Source: Spironucleus salmonicida (taxonomy: Eukaryota). Taken from it: 64,000 nucleotides of DNA. The stretch lies in contig NC_090598.1 in NCBI RefSeq assembly GCF_000497125.1, forward strand, positions 1,054,001 through 1,118,000, in the 5' to 3' direction. The notes under the pieces are model-generated. The model was not told the origin of the DNA. It did no database searches and saw only the letters and a program-made list of their open reading frames with translations. This document shows, piece after piece, positions 37,192-48,675 of this stretch (position 1 is the stretch's first letter; each line of letters begins with the position of its first letter). Made by a program: the position numbers and the translations under genes.

Positions 37192-37560
37192 TCACTCCAC
37201 CAGCGCCACCGTCCGTCCGGCGTACTCCAGTAGCATCTGGGCCGGCCCGCTGTCCGGCGGCCTGCGGTGGAAGTAGGTCACTTGCAGCAGCGCGCCCGGT
37301 CCGGTAGGGCCCAGTGCCCGCAGGATGCCCGCGCAGCTCGCCTTGCTGAGGTGCTCCAGCTCGGCCCTGCGCTGCCGGCTGCGGGTCTGCACCCAGAACC
37401 GCGGCGCGGGCGGGCGGAGGCGCAGCGGCTGCAGGGCCGTCCAGAGCGCGCGGACCAGCCCGTCCACCAGCACCTGCCGCCCCAGCTGCAGCCTCAGCAC
37501 GCGGTACGGCTGCCTCCCCCCGACCCTGACCGTAAGCTGGGCGTGCACCATTTCGCTCAT
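37192..37560 (-). CDS. hypothetical basic protein, copy 1, 122 aa
   Basis: MSEMVHAQLTVRVGG...; GC3 bias; ends GAG TGA; start at the edge of the duplicated arm. Confidence 0.65.
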   Translation of the reverse strand: MSEMVHAQLTVRVGGRQPYRVLRLQLGRQVLVDGLVRALWTALQPLRLRPPAPRFWVQTRSRQRRAELEHLSKASCAGILRALGPTGPGALLQVTYFHRRPPDSGPAQMLLEYAGRTVALVE

Positions 37561-37615
37561 TTCAGAGGCACTACTATTAGATAATATTAGTGGCAAATTT
37601 CCATTAGTCCCAAAA

Positions 37616-40048
37616 ATGAGCACGCCAGAGCTGCAGTCAGAGATCATGAAGCATCTGCTGTCACTCGGCGGCGTCTACCTACCATCAAGCACCATAATTT
37701 CGCAGACGCGGCTCCCGGCGTCCGTCCAGGCCCCCTGGGACTTCCTCACCTTCGACTCCACGCTCAACCACGCCGAGGAGGCGCAGGATGTACCCGAAAA
37801 TGAAAAATTCACACAGCAGCAGCCGAAATTGAAGAGCACGATCTTGAAGAGCACAGCGCCCAACATTTTGAACCTCTTCACCCCGGAGCCGCAATGTTCA
37901 AACTTCACGTTCAACGTATCAGAATACGCGCTGTACGTCGGCCAGCAGCTGAACCAGCAGCTTACGCAGAAGCTCCCGAAGGACACGGTGTTCCACTACC
38001 TGGTGTCGCTGGCCCAGAAGCCGTTCCAGCACTGCAAGGCCGCGAAGTCCGACATCGCCTTCGACGCGAAGTTCGAGTCCTCAAACCTCTTCCAGGTCTT
38101 CAAATTCGCGGGGACGACCACCTACGAGCTCTACCTGTTCCCGGACTACCGGCAGATCAGCGGCGGCTTCTGGTGGTTCTTCGGCGTCCAGGGCGGCGCG
38201 AAGGGCGCGAAGTACCAGTTCCGCATCAACAATTTCAGCCAAATGCGCCTCCCGAACGGGTACCGGATGCTCGTTTTCAGGGAGGGCGCGGGGTGGCACA
38301 GGAGCGCGTTTTGCGGCGTCAGCGGCTCGGCGAGCCGGATGCTCAAGACCGCTGAGTACTACGAGAACATTCTGAACGAAAACCGGAACCAAATCGTCGA
38401 AAAAGTCGTCAAAAACGCGAAAAATGCTAACGTGGAAAAGGCAGCTTACAGCTTCATTTTCGACGTGGAAATGGACCAGGAAACGCTGTATTTCGCGAGC
38501 AACTATCCCTACACGTACACGCAGTACATCAACTACGCAAATTCGCTCAGGGAGTTCAAATTCATCAAACTGAAGAAGCTGACGAACTCTGAGTGCTTCA
38601 ATCAGGTGCCGTTTATCGAAATCGACCGGACGCAAAATCCGAAATACGTGATCGTCATCTCAGCCAGAATCCACAGCCAGGACACAAGCGGCAACTACGC
38701 GATCGAGGGCTTTATCGACTTCTTGCTGGGCCGAAAGGACCACATTTTCGAAAAACAGTGCGAGATGATCACCGACGAGGACGAAAAAGTGCGCTACAGG
38801 CAGTTCATGAAGCAGCTAACGAACTACCAGCAGCTGATCCTGAACAATTTCGTTATCGCCATTTTCCCGCTCGTGAACATAGACGCGGTGATCCTCGGAA
38901 ATTCTACCAAAAACTTCGACGGCGTAAATCTCAACAAAGCCGAGCCGATTCTGGCGCAAAACCAGACGTTCAGGGCCATGGGTGCCCAGATTTAGAAGTA
39001 CGTAGACCAGAACCTCCAAATAACGCACTCTTTCGACTTCGCGGAGTCGATTTCGAGCCCGGAAATCAAAATTCAGACCTTCGAAAAGGTGTCCAATACG
39101 GCGCTAACCTAGAAGTTCTGGCAGACGGCCGGAGCCGCAGGCTTCCTGCCGTTCGTGGACTCAGCACAGCACCTGCAGAGCTACTTCGACGAGGAGTCGG
39201 TGAGCCGCGTCGAGCAGGACGGCGTATCGACGGATAAGCTCAAAGGCGATCAGGAGCATGTCGCAGCTGCGCAGTAGGAGGTTGTGGCAGAGCTCAAAAC
39301 ATTTGAGGCCGAGAACGGCGCCCTGGGCGAGTTCGTGCTGCCGGCGCTGATCGCACAGTTCAGCCGCCAGATTATGCAGAAATACGAGTTCAAATTCGAG
39401 CATTTGTCGGTAGTTTCGGCGGTGGAAAAAGAGGGCTTCGGCGCGATTTTGAGCAAGAAATACGGTTGCAGGTTCGCTTTCAAGGTTTATTTGAGCCAAT
39501 TCTACGGAAAAACCGATAAAAGCGATATTTCAAAATGTAATTATTTCGATATATAAGACTATTAAAATTTTGGAATTACATTGGCAGCTTCGATCGCTAG
39601 GCAGGTTAAAGATGATTTTGAGCTTTTCGACGAAATATTAGAGGATCTATAGGCCTAGTACGCGAACTGGCTCGGTGAGTCTCTCAAGATTGCGGTTACG
39701 CGCTAGGGCACACTATCGCTGCTGAAATCGAAAGATCTGGGGCCCTCATGCCAGAAAATGATGAAATTTAAACTCTGGGCGCTTGCGAAGAAGTCGGACA
39801 TTCAGTTGAAGACACTGGACAAGATCAACCATGCGATCGACCTGAACCTGATCTTCGACCTCAGGCAGGAGCTGAAGCTGTTGACAGATTCTGAGGAGGA
39901 GTGGGACGTTGATATCGTAATTGATCCGGAATAAGTAAGAGATGACAAACTCAAAATGAGCGATATCATAAAGTAATGGTACCCTGTGCCGGAAAAAAAG
40001 AAGAAAAAAGGTAAAAAAGGTAAAAAAGGAAAGAATACCAAAAAGTGA
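37616..40048 (+). CDS. cytosolic carboxypeptidase (M14D/CCP/Nna1 family) homolog, probably inactive, 810 aa
   Basis: FDAKFESSNL, WWFF, NYPYTY, ISARIH, FPLVNIDAVILGN; Lys-rich tail; ends AAG TGA. Confidence 0.85.
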
Positions 40049-40538
40049 GCTGATCTGGTTTCTGTATTGGAGAAAGCCTATTATGATAGGAAGGAGCTAC
40101 CAGCTACCACTACATGGTGTAATATCCAAAATATGATATGTTTCGGCGTATGTGAGTCTATTCCGAGCGTTTCTTCGGTTCAGTTATTGAACATTATTTC
40201 TAGCAGCCTGCACTGCCTGGTGAACCTTGGATGTAACATATTATCAATATCCGATAATATAATACTAGAACTGTTTAAACAACACTAAACTGAGGATTGC
40301 GGTGAATGTACAATTAGCTTAGTCTAGCTGTAGTTGGGTGGTGGCCTGATAAAATATAGCAGTTATAGACAGGAAATTTTGCAATTCTGGAGCATCGGCT
40401 CGGTAATTTGGAGTAGAATTACCTATATTTATCTTCAAGAATCAATTTTTTTGCCAGTCCATCCTATGCTGCAAAAATAAAGTTATTGAATTTAAAGTGC
40501 ACAATAGAATATATAATAAGTGTAAAATTTTCACTGAA

Positions 40539-40907
40539 ATGAGCGAAATGGTGCACGCCCAGCTTACGGTCAGGGTCGGGGGGAGGCAGCCGTACCGCGT
40601 GCTGAGGCTGCAGCTGGGGCGGCAGGTGCTGGTGAACGGGCTGGTCCGCGCGCTCTGGACGGCCCTGCAGCCGCTGCGCCTCCGCCCGCCCGCGCCGCGG
40701 TTCTGGGTGCAGACCCGCAGCCGGCAGCGCAGGGCCGAGCTGGAGCACCTCAGCAAGGCGAGCTGCGCGGGCATCCTGCGGGCACTGGGCCCTACCGGAC
40801 CGGGCGCGCTGCTGCAAGTGACCTACTTCCACCGCAGGCCGCCGGACAGCGGGCCGGCCCGGATGCTTCTGGGGTACGCCGGGCGGACGGTGGCGCTGGT
40901 GGAGTGA
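40539..40907 (+). CDS. hypothetical basic protein, copy 2, 122 aa
   Basis: Inverted copy of 37192-37560 with 3 aa differences. Confidence 0.65.
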   Translation: MSEMVHAQLTVRVGGRQPYRVLRLQLGRQVLVNGLVRALWTALQPLRLRPPAPRFWVQTRSRQRRAELEHLSKASCAGILRALGPTGPGALLQVTYFHRRPPDSGPARMLLGYAGRTVALVE

Positions 40908-40915
40908 GCATGCGG

Positions 40916-41617
40916 TCACTCGGAGCCCAGGAAGGCCGCCACGCGCGCGTGCACCACGTGCTCCAGGTGCTCCTGCAGGGCCGCCACGTGGGGCGTCTTG
41001 TCCGAGGGGTACTCCGCCTGGCCCCCGTGCGCGCGGCCCTCGGGGAGCGACGCCGCGAGCTGGCCCGAGAGCTCGCCGCGCAGCAGCAGGTGCAGCCAGA
41101 AGTTCGCGGCGAAGTGCGTGCGCGCCTGGCTGCCGGGGTAGCCGCCCATCCCGCCGGTGGGGTACAGCTCGCGGGCGCAGAAGGGCAGCGCGGGGCGGAG
41201 CGCGGCCAGGAACACCAGGTTGGCCTGCGCCTGGCCGCCCTGCTGCCCGCGCATCGTCAGCGTCACGGGCCTCGCGCGCCGCCCCGGGAAGTCCGCCGCG
41301 AGCATGGCCTGCAGCTGCACCTTGGACACGCCGGCGCGGACCCACAGCGCATGCCGGTCCGCGGCCTGCAGCGTGCGGAGCGTCTCGTCGGGGAGCTCGG
41401 GGCCGGTGTCCTGGCCGACGACGAGCGTGTGGCGGGCGGCGGCGAGCACCAGCTGCTTGGGCAGGGCGGTGACGGCGTCGTACAGCAGCTGGTACGCCCC
41501 GGGCGTCACGAACAGCGCGGGCCGCCTGGTGCGCACGGCTGCCTCGAACTCGGGCGGCGGGATGAGCGGCACGAGCCCGATGGCGGCGCGGAGCTGGGCG
41601 GCGGTGAGGGAGCGCAT
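40916..41617 (-). CDS. hypothetical protein, copy 2, 233 aa
   Basis: Protein identical to 36482-37183. Confidence 0.72.
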   Translation of the reverse strand: MRSLTAAQLRAAIGLVPLIPPPEFEAAVRTRRPALFVTPGAYQLLYDAVTALPKQLVLAAARHTLVVGQDTGPELPDETLRTLQAADRHALWVRAGVSKVQLQAMLAADFPGRRARPVTLTMRGQQGGQAQANLVFLAALRPALPFCARELYPTGGMGGYPGSQARTHFAANFWLHLLLRGELSGQLAASLPEGRAHGGQAEYPSDKTPHVAALQEHLEHVVHARVAAFLGSE

Positions 41618-41632
41618 TGTGGGGAGCGGAAA

Positions 41633-42211
41633 TCACTCGTGGAGGACGACCTCGTAGTAGGTGAGGCCCTCGCTCAGGAACACCTTCACGGCGCTCTCGA
41701 AGCCGCAGCAGCCGAGGACCGCGCGGATGACGCCGCTGAGCACCGCGCTGGGCTGGATGCCGGAGTAGTCGCGGGGGAAGGAGATGTACTGGTCGGTGGC
41801 GGGCTCGCGCTCGATCAGGTAGAAGCCGTTGTTGTCCTTCAGGCGCAGCAGCTGCACGTCGCGGCGCTCGTCCTCGCCGAAGAGGAAGGCCCAGAAGGGC
41901 GCGCGCACGGCGTTCAGCACGTCCTGGGCCGAGCCGAGGTCGAGGGGCGCGCGCACACCGCGGTCCGTGCTCTCGAGGCGGCGCAGGCAGAACTGCTCCC
42001 AGAGGCGCGCACCGGCCTCCACGCCCAGGGCCTGCAGGCGCTGCTCGCACGCCGTGATGTACTCGTCCGCCGGGAGCCCGCGGTGCCGCTGCTGCACGTG
42101 CGCGAAGTACTCGCACAGCAGGTAGCCGAAGAGCGGCCGGCAGGGCTGCGTGGGCTGGCGCGAGCGCAGGCGCTGGTCGTACGCTGCGAGGGGCCGCGAG
42201 AAGGGCCGCAT
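41633..42211 (-). CDS. TRAPP subunit Trs31/TRAPPC5-like, copy 2
   Basis: One aa difference (VQQL vs VQLL) from 35888-36466. Confidence 0.85.
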   Translation of the reverse strand: MRPFSRPLAAYDQRLRSRQPTQPCRPLFGYLLCEYFAHVQQRHRGLPADEYITACEQRLQALGVEAGARLWEQFCLRRLESTDRGVRAPLDLGSAQDVLNAVRAPFWAFLFGEDERRDVQLLRLKDNNGFYLIEREPATDQYISFPRDYSGIQPSAVLSGVIRAVLGCCGFESAVKVFLSEGLTYYEVVLHE

Positions 42212-42236
42212 TGGGAGCGGAGCGATTCGAAGCGGC

Positions 42237-43735
42237 TCACTCCACCAGCGCCCCGCACAGGACGCCCAGCGGCTCGATCTTCTGCCGGTACACGAACACC
42301 ACCAGCCTCGTTGGCAGCGCCACCGGCTGGGAATCGTCCTCCTGGTACACCATGCTGCCCCGCTGGACGTACCGCTGCCCCACCCGGACGTCCAGCTCAA
42401 TGTCCATACCAGGCCTCCGGATGAAGGCCGGGAGCGCGAACTGCTACAGGCTGGCGGTATCCTGCCGCCCGGAGCCCGCCCCAATGTGGCTAACGTTCAG
42501 ATGCATGACCGTCCTGACCCTCACCAGCCTGGCTAGCGCCGGCAGTTGGTCCGGCGTGGTGCGGATGTTGCAGAGCCGGAGCCGCTCCACGCACGGGGCA
42601 CCGACCAGGACCAGGCGGTCCAGACGCACCATATCGAGCTCCAGCACCACGACCGAGGGCTGCAGGTAGAGCTCCAAGATCGTGGTGCTGTTCTTAGCGG
42701 TTCCGCGCACGATAAGCCGCTGGAGCCCGTGTGCTAGCTGCAGCACCCTAGCCAAGGAGGTGCTTACATAGGTCACGTGGCTCAGGAATATATCTCGTAG
42801 GTCCGGCAGCGAATCGGCATCGCAGTAGAAGATCGAATTGATGCAATCCGTGAGGGTGACGCTCCGCAGGCTGGGGCGAAAGTAGATATCGCCCTTTATT
42901 CCGACAAGGACCAGCGTCTTCAGCTATGTCAGTCTAGATATTTATGGTGGACACATTTCATAATCATAATCATCATCTTAATATGTACTTATAGATTTCA
43001 ACGTCAGGCTCTGCAACCCATGAGCCATATTCAATAGTCTATTCAAGGAACGTTAATCATACTACACATCATCGAGGAAGATCTCTCGCAGGTCCGGCAG
43101 CGAATCGGCATCGCACTAGAAGTTATTAACAGAACACAACGTGAGGGTGACGCTCCGCAGGCTGGGGGGAAAGTAGACACTCCCAGTTATTCCATTGAGA
43201 GCTAGCATCTCCAGCTATCTAAGTCCGGACATATCCGGCGCACTCGCGTAAGGCGTACCGCTACGATTCAGTGTCATGTTCTTCAGCTATTTCGCCCCCT
43301 ATAGTATGTTGAGCAGCGGCTGCCAGTTGCTGGCCAATTCGCAGGGTTCTGAAAACTCCTTTGACGTACATGATATGATCACCTCGGTCAGGTTCGGGAG
43401 GTCGCCGCCGTGGGGGTTGCGGCACATAATGGGCGAGTCGACGATGGTGAGCCTGGCGAGGGCGGGCCGACATCCATCTTACCGCTCACGCACTCCAGCC
43501 GCAGATCGCGCACGTTCTCCGCGCACCTGAGCGGCTCCGTCCCGTCCATATCGGCGAGGGCCAGGCTGGTCAGAGCGTCCAGGCGCACTGCGGCGTCCCA
43601 CCTGCCGTCGAGCGAGAGGTGCGCTACGGAGGGATCGGGAAGCTCGGCTGCGGCCGGCAGCGTGGCAGTCAGGAGGCCCTGGGACTCTGGGGGAGCATCC
43701 CCGCCGCGGTCTGCTGCGCGCGCACCATCTGTCAT
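42237..43735 (-). pseudogene. LRR protein copy 2, 1-bp frameshift near 43465, divergent central repeats
   Basis: GGCCCGCCCTC versus GGCCCCGCCCTC in copy 1; downstream frame is open; may be a homopolymer sequencing error. Confidence 0.65.
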
Positions 43736-43788
43736 TTTTGGTGCGAGCGGAAAAGGAGCGCAGACAGCCCCTAGCTGCGGCCCGCACT

Positions 43789-44112
43789 CCCCTGACGCCG
43801 CTGCGGGCGCTCAAGCTGGAGGTGGAGTGGCAGAGCGACGGCCAGAACGGCCAGAACCTGTGGCAGCTCGCGCGGGAGAGGAACCTGGAGGGGCCGGGGA
43901 ACGCCGTGCAGCCGGTGAACCGCGTCATGAGCAGCTTCCAGAAGATGCTGACGATCGTGTGCGGGATCCTCGTGGGGCTCGTGTTCAACGACCTGGCGTT
44001 CCCCTTCGTGCTGCACGACAGCATGCCCGGGGAGCTGCGCGTCGGCGTGTTCTTCGGCGTCATCAGCAACCTGGTGTTCGCCCTGTTCGTGGGGCTGGCC
44101 GGTATTCCGTGA
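43789..44112 (+). pseudogene. 3' fragment of the DSC3-like gene, copy 2
   Basis: Same junction as 34318; V-to-D change in a TM helix. Confidence 0.85.
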
Positions 44113-44170
44113 GCTTCTTTCGTGTCACTCGGGTCGTCTCCCGCGGCACCTCGCGATAAGCAGGAAAACG

Positions 44171-45343
44171 TCACTCGGCGTAGCTCTTGAAGTAGTTCTG
44201 GATCAGCACGAACGGGGTGCCCTTGTCGCCGCTGCCCGTGGTGAGGTCCGCCAGGCTCCCGAGCAGGTCCGTCAGCGCCCGGGGCGTGGTGCCCTGCGCG
44301 GCGATGCTGCCCACCAGGTCCGCGCTCTTGCGCCTGATGAGGGCGCGCATGGCCTGCTCCGCCTCCGGGCCGCGCAGCCCGTCCAGCTCGTTGTCCGCGG
44401 CGTACTTGAGCTTGATCTCGTTGGGGAGCCCGCCGAGACCCGCCGTGAAGCCGGGGCTCACCACGGGGTCCGCCAGCTCCCAGATGCCGCCGACGGGGTC
44501 CTTGAAGGCGCCGTCGCCGAAGACCATGACCTCGAGCGTCCTGCCGGTGCGGGCCAGGAGGTCAGCCTGGATCTGCTCGACCAGGGCCTGCGAGTCGCGG
44601 GGGAAGAGCTTCACCTGGTCGTCCCGGGCGAGGTTGCTGCCGAGGAGCCCGAACTGGGGCTGGAAGCCGGAGCCGTCCACGCTGGCTGTGAGCAGGTCGT
44701 CCAGGCAGAGCACGGTCCGCGCGCCCTGGCTGAGCAGGCGCTGCTTGGTGCGCCCGCGGGAGTGGATGTCCGCGGCGATGACGACGTCGGTGTAGGCGAG
44801 GATGTGCGCGGGGTCGTTGCTCAGCACTATCTCGCAGTTGGGGCCGGCGATGTCTTTGTAGAGGTTAATGTAGTCCACGCCGGTATACTTTAAAACTGTG
44901 GATGGAAAGTGCTTCCTGAACTCCACCTCGGTAAAGTTGTCGCAGTGGGGGTTGATATTTTTCGCGAGCAACTCTTCTATCGGAAACAGGGCATCACCCT
45001 ACTCGTCCGCAGGGTAGGACAGCTGGATGACCACTTTGTCCACGCCCTGCGCGATGCCCTTGAGCAGCATCGAGAAGCGGTTCCGGGACATGATGGGGAA
45101 CACCAGCCCCACCGTGCCGCCGCCGGTCTTGGCGCGGACGTCGGCCGCGATGGCAGCCGTGGAGGCGTAGTTGCCCTGGGCGCGGGCGACGACGGACTCG
45201 GTGATGCAGACCACGTCGCGGTCCTGGAGGGTCACGGAGCTCTCCTGGGCCGCCTTGAGCACGGTATCGACCACGATGGCCCGGAGGTCGTCGCCCTGCT
45301 TGATGATCGGGGCGCGGATGCCGCGGGACACAACGCCTAGCAT
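44171..45343 (-). CDS. F420-0:gamma-glutamyl ligase-like (CofE family), copy 2
   Basis: Translated fragments identical to copy 1. Confidence 0.85.
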
Positions 45344-45661
45344 TTTGGGGGTGGGACTCGGTTTATATATACGTATTTTAGTAGATCTACATGATGAAAT
45401 TTGTGGTTCTGAAAATTGGTTCCCAAGATATATATACTTATTATGCCCCAAATATCATTATCATTATTGAAAACTCAGGTTGAATACTAGTAATTTTCAT
45501 CTAGTACTCAGAATTAACTTAAAAGTTACATACTAAACATATATATTTATATCATTTTTATTTATGTTTTGTGGTTCAAATTTTGTGGTTTGTTATTTCT
45601 TTTTATCTATTTACAAATAAAAACGATTATATTATTATCATTTTTTAACATTCATTTAATA

Positions 45662-46291
45662 ATGTCGACCTGCAAGGTAACAAACCGGCCAATCTCTGAG
45701 ATAACGGCTGGGATAAGAGCACAATATAACCTTAAGTCAAATGCTCATCTGCTTCTTACTATAGAAGAGGTCCAGTTTATCGTCGAAAAGCTAGCAAGAA
45801 ATATTGAAAATCACTACAAAGACATAGTAACGGAATCCAACCCTTTGTACATCGTAGGACTCCTAACCGGTGCCTACCACATTGTATCTGATATCACAAG
45901 ACGTCTTTCCATTCCAGTTCGCGTTTCCTTCATAAAAGTGTCTTCCTATCAGGGGACCGAGTAGCAAGATGCGAAGATCACGGGTGTTACAGATGAAATA
46001 CGAAGTGCCGAAAATGTGCTAATCGTTGATGAACTCTGGGACACCGGAAACTCCGTTCTGGCGGTCTAGAAGCTGCTGAAAGGCGGAGAAATATGCGTCG
46101 CATTTGCGAAGGACATGGGAGCCGTCGGCACTGTCAAATTTCTGGGGAATGCCAGCCTCCCCGACATTTGGTTGCTGGGATACGGCCTGGACTGCAACGG
46201 CTACGGCAGAAACTGGCCCTGTGTAGTGTACTTGAATGACTAGGAATTAGCGGCAGTGGCGTAGTTCAGAAGAGAGTTAGCGATTGAGTGA
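45662..46291 (+). CDS. hypoxanthine/guanine phosphoribosyltransferase, copy 2
   Basis: Inverted copy of 31825-32454. Confidence 0.9.
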
Positions 46292-47382
46292 GGAGCTGAG
46301 TAGCAATTTACACGCCTGATGCGGTGAAATTAAAAAATCTGACCAGTTGTAAGCCCGTACCACAGTCAGTCAAGATATTCCACATAACACAGGTCTAGCA
46401 TATTCAGTGCTTGCAAAATGCAGGACACGATGACGACTACAGCAGTTTCCTGCCATTGACAAGCGAATTCGCGGTTCTGAAGTACCGTCAGCAGTCCCAC
46501 ATATTTAGGACCGTCGCAGCTGCTGGTTCGTCACATCATATCGGTTAATTTCTGCACCTAATGATGATAAGTCCAATGAGTCCACATTTATCACTTGCAG
46601 GTTCACCCACAGCTATCCCGGAAATTAGATATGCGCCCTGATAGTGTAGTCACTCACCGTGCAGTTTTGATTTGTTTCGGTGATAGGGTCAGCTGCAAAA
46701 TCCTCATACCATGGAACATAGCCTGGCTGATGGCGCTAAACTATTCCTACTATATCGAGCTTACTTGAAACAGTGCTATATTAATTATTTGAGTCTGTTG
46801 CCGTTGTGAAGCTGAATTTGAATTAGCAAATTCAATTTTAGGTGGAGTATTTGCAGATAATGCGATAGGTAGATAACTAGTTCAATATTTTATGCTAAGG
46901 TTTACGGTCAGCTTACATAAGACTTATTTTCACCTAAATCAATTTTTTAGTCTAGAAAAATCAAAGTTGACAACCTGTTGAATTTACTGGTAACAAACTT
47001 ATAGTTTTATTAATACTGTACATTCGGTAATTACATTTTATAGATCTCTTTAGTTGTTTTAAGTTAAAGTTTAATGCAACCAGATTTACCGACTGTTAAC
47101 AGATAATTTACGAAATATCTGTTTAAATCAACTCTTATTTTGCTTATCCACTATTAATTTTTAATTACTTGATTAACGGATTAATGCTACTCAAAGTAAG
47201 ATATTTTAGTTTTGCTAATTGGTAGAATTTAGGTTTAGTTCCGTTTGCATCTACGGTTTGCTTAGTAAACTTTGTAATTTCTTAGCTTAATATAGTATTT
47301 TTTATAGATCAGATTCTGACGATACTAGAATAAATTTTATGCTTAATTTTCTTAACCTATATAATATTTGTCGTAAAATTAA

Positions 47383-48675
47383 CCAGGACAGTACGCCACT
47401 TGCGACGACGAGTGGGCTGGAGGGGCCCTGCTCCCTCCGCCGGGTGAGCTTCCCTCTTCTGGCTCATTATCAGCTGCAATGCACTATTTATTACATACGA
47501 TAATACATCTGCGGTTTCTGCCGTGGCCAATACTGCGCGGTAACCGCGGGGAAGTCCGCCCAGCAGGAAGTGCAGGCTCACTCCCGGCCCTGCAGCAAGC
47601 ACCCGGCCGTGATCACGTTGGTTGCCTGCCCACGCTCCTGGCGCCGGCCTAGTGGCAAAATTCCACACTCCACAATGAACTTCGGGCTCTGCGCTTCCTG
47701 CGGCGGACACATGGAGATCGTCTACTGCGACGGGCACTGCTCGCGGGCGTTCTGCGAGCCCTGCATCAACCGAGCGCTGGGCGGCAACCTGTCCCCCCTC
47801 TACGCTAACACCGACGCCGAGTTCCTCTGCTACTCGTGCCTGCGGGGCGAGAAGCGGTGCTGGCTCTGCGGCAGCGGGACCAACCAGCGCGGCGGCTTCG
47901 GCATCTTCACCTGCCGGGCGTGCGGCGCCAGGAGTGAGGAGTGCGGCACGTGCGAGTCCGACGCGCCGGTGGTCACCTGCTACTTCTGCCTCGCCTCCTT
48001 CCACACGGCGTGCTCGGAGGGCGTGCAGCTGGACGACAACGAGGGCGACCTGGTGGTGGGGATCTGCCAGGCCTGTGCGGGGGCGGCTGGCACGGACTTC
48101 GTCGGCGACGGGACCCTCCGCGCGGACCTGCACTGCTACCAGGGCCTGATCGTCCGCGGCTCGCTGTTCGGGGAGTTCTGCGCCGAGTTCTGGCCGGAGA
48201 TTCAGCGGGTCCCCTTCGACGCCGCGCGGCAGCGAGAGATGTGCGACCTGATCAGCCTGGACCGGGACGCCGCGCTGCTGGACACGGTGCCGGACATCCT
48301 GAACTGCCTGGGCCTCCGGAACTACGACCTGGACTTCCTGGGCTGGCTGGTGATCGCGGTCAGGGGCGTGTTCGAGGCCCTGGCGGCCGACCAGTGCTTC
48401 TACGACGTGGTGGAGGCGCGGCTGGAGCCCCACAAGAAGAGCGCTGCCGAGCTCGCCAGGCGGGCTGTCCGGGTGGTGCACGACGACTGAGCCCTGGCGC
48501 CTCCCCTGGGCGTTCTTTCCCTTCCACTCCCGCATTCCATTGCGCGCATATACGAGCGTCCACCTGTGCTCTCTGCAACTTTCCGGGAGAAACCGGCGCG
48601 AAGAACCACATCCCGCATTCGGAGCATCTGGGCCCCTCCAGCCCACTCGTCGTCGCAAGTGGCGTACTGTCCTGG
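47383..48675 (+). mobile_element. 1293-bp TIR cassette, copy 2, at the centre of a long palindrome
   Basis: TIRs 47383-47428 / 48630-48675, TTAA both sides; at least 4 SNPs versus copy 1 outside the CDS. Confidence 0.75.
47675..48490 (+). CDS. tandem PHD/ADD-like zinc-finger protein, copy 2
   Basis: Protein identical to 29733-30548. Confidence 0.82.
   Translation: MNFGLCASCGGHMEIVYCDGHCSRAFCEPCINRALGGNLSPLYANTDAEFLCYSCLRGEKRCWLCGSGTNQRGGFGIFTCRACGARSEECGTCESDAPVVTCYFCLASFHTACSEGVQLDDNEGDLVVGICQACAGAAGTDFVGDGTLRADLHCYQGLIVRGSLFGEFCAEFWPEIQRVPFDAARQREMCDLISLDRDAALLDTVPDILNCLGLRNYDLDFLGWLVIAVRGVFEALAADQCFYDVVEARLEPHKKSAAELARRAVRVVHDD

Larger units (their letters stand above)
30688..37565 (+). 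repeat. left arm of ~6.9-kb inverted repeat (partner 40534-47428)
   Basis: Reverse-complement near identity; mirrored ORF set in the track. Confidence 0.95.
40534..47428 (-). repeat. right arm of ~6.9-kb inverted repeat (partner 30688-37565); its part 43789-47428 is also inverted relative to 48630-52269
   Basis: Reverse-complement near identity to both neighbouring copies. Confidence 0.95.

Noticed and set aside
35675-37233. Large overlapping ORFs (506, 416, 550, 463, 433 aa etc.) in GC-rich regions
   Set aside because: Antisense or shifted shadows of GC3-rich genes; Arg/Ala/Gly-rich and motif-free.
40060-40470. Coding-like remnant on the minus strand (MDWQK...)
   Set aside because: Immediate TGA or frameshift and no identifiable homology.
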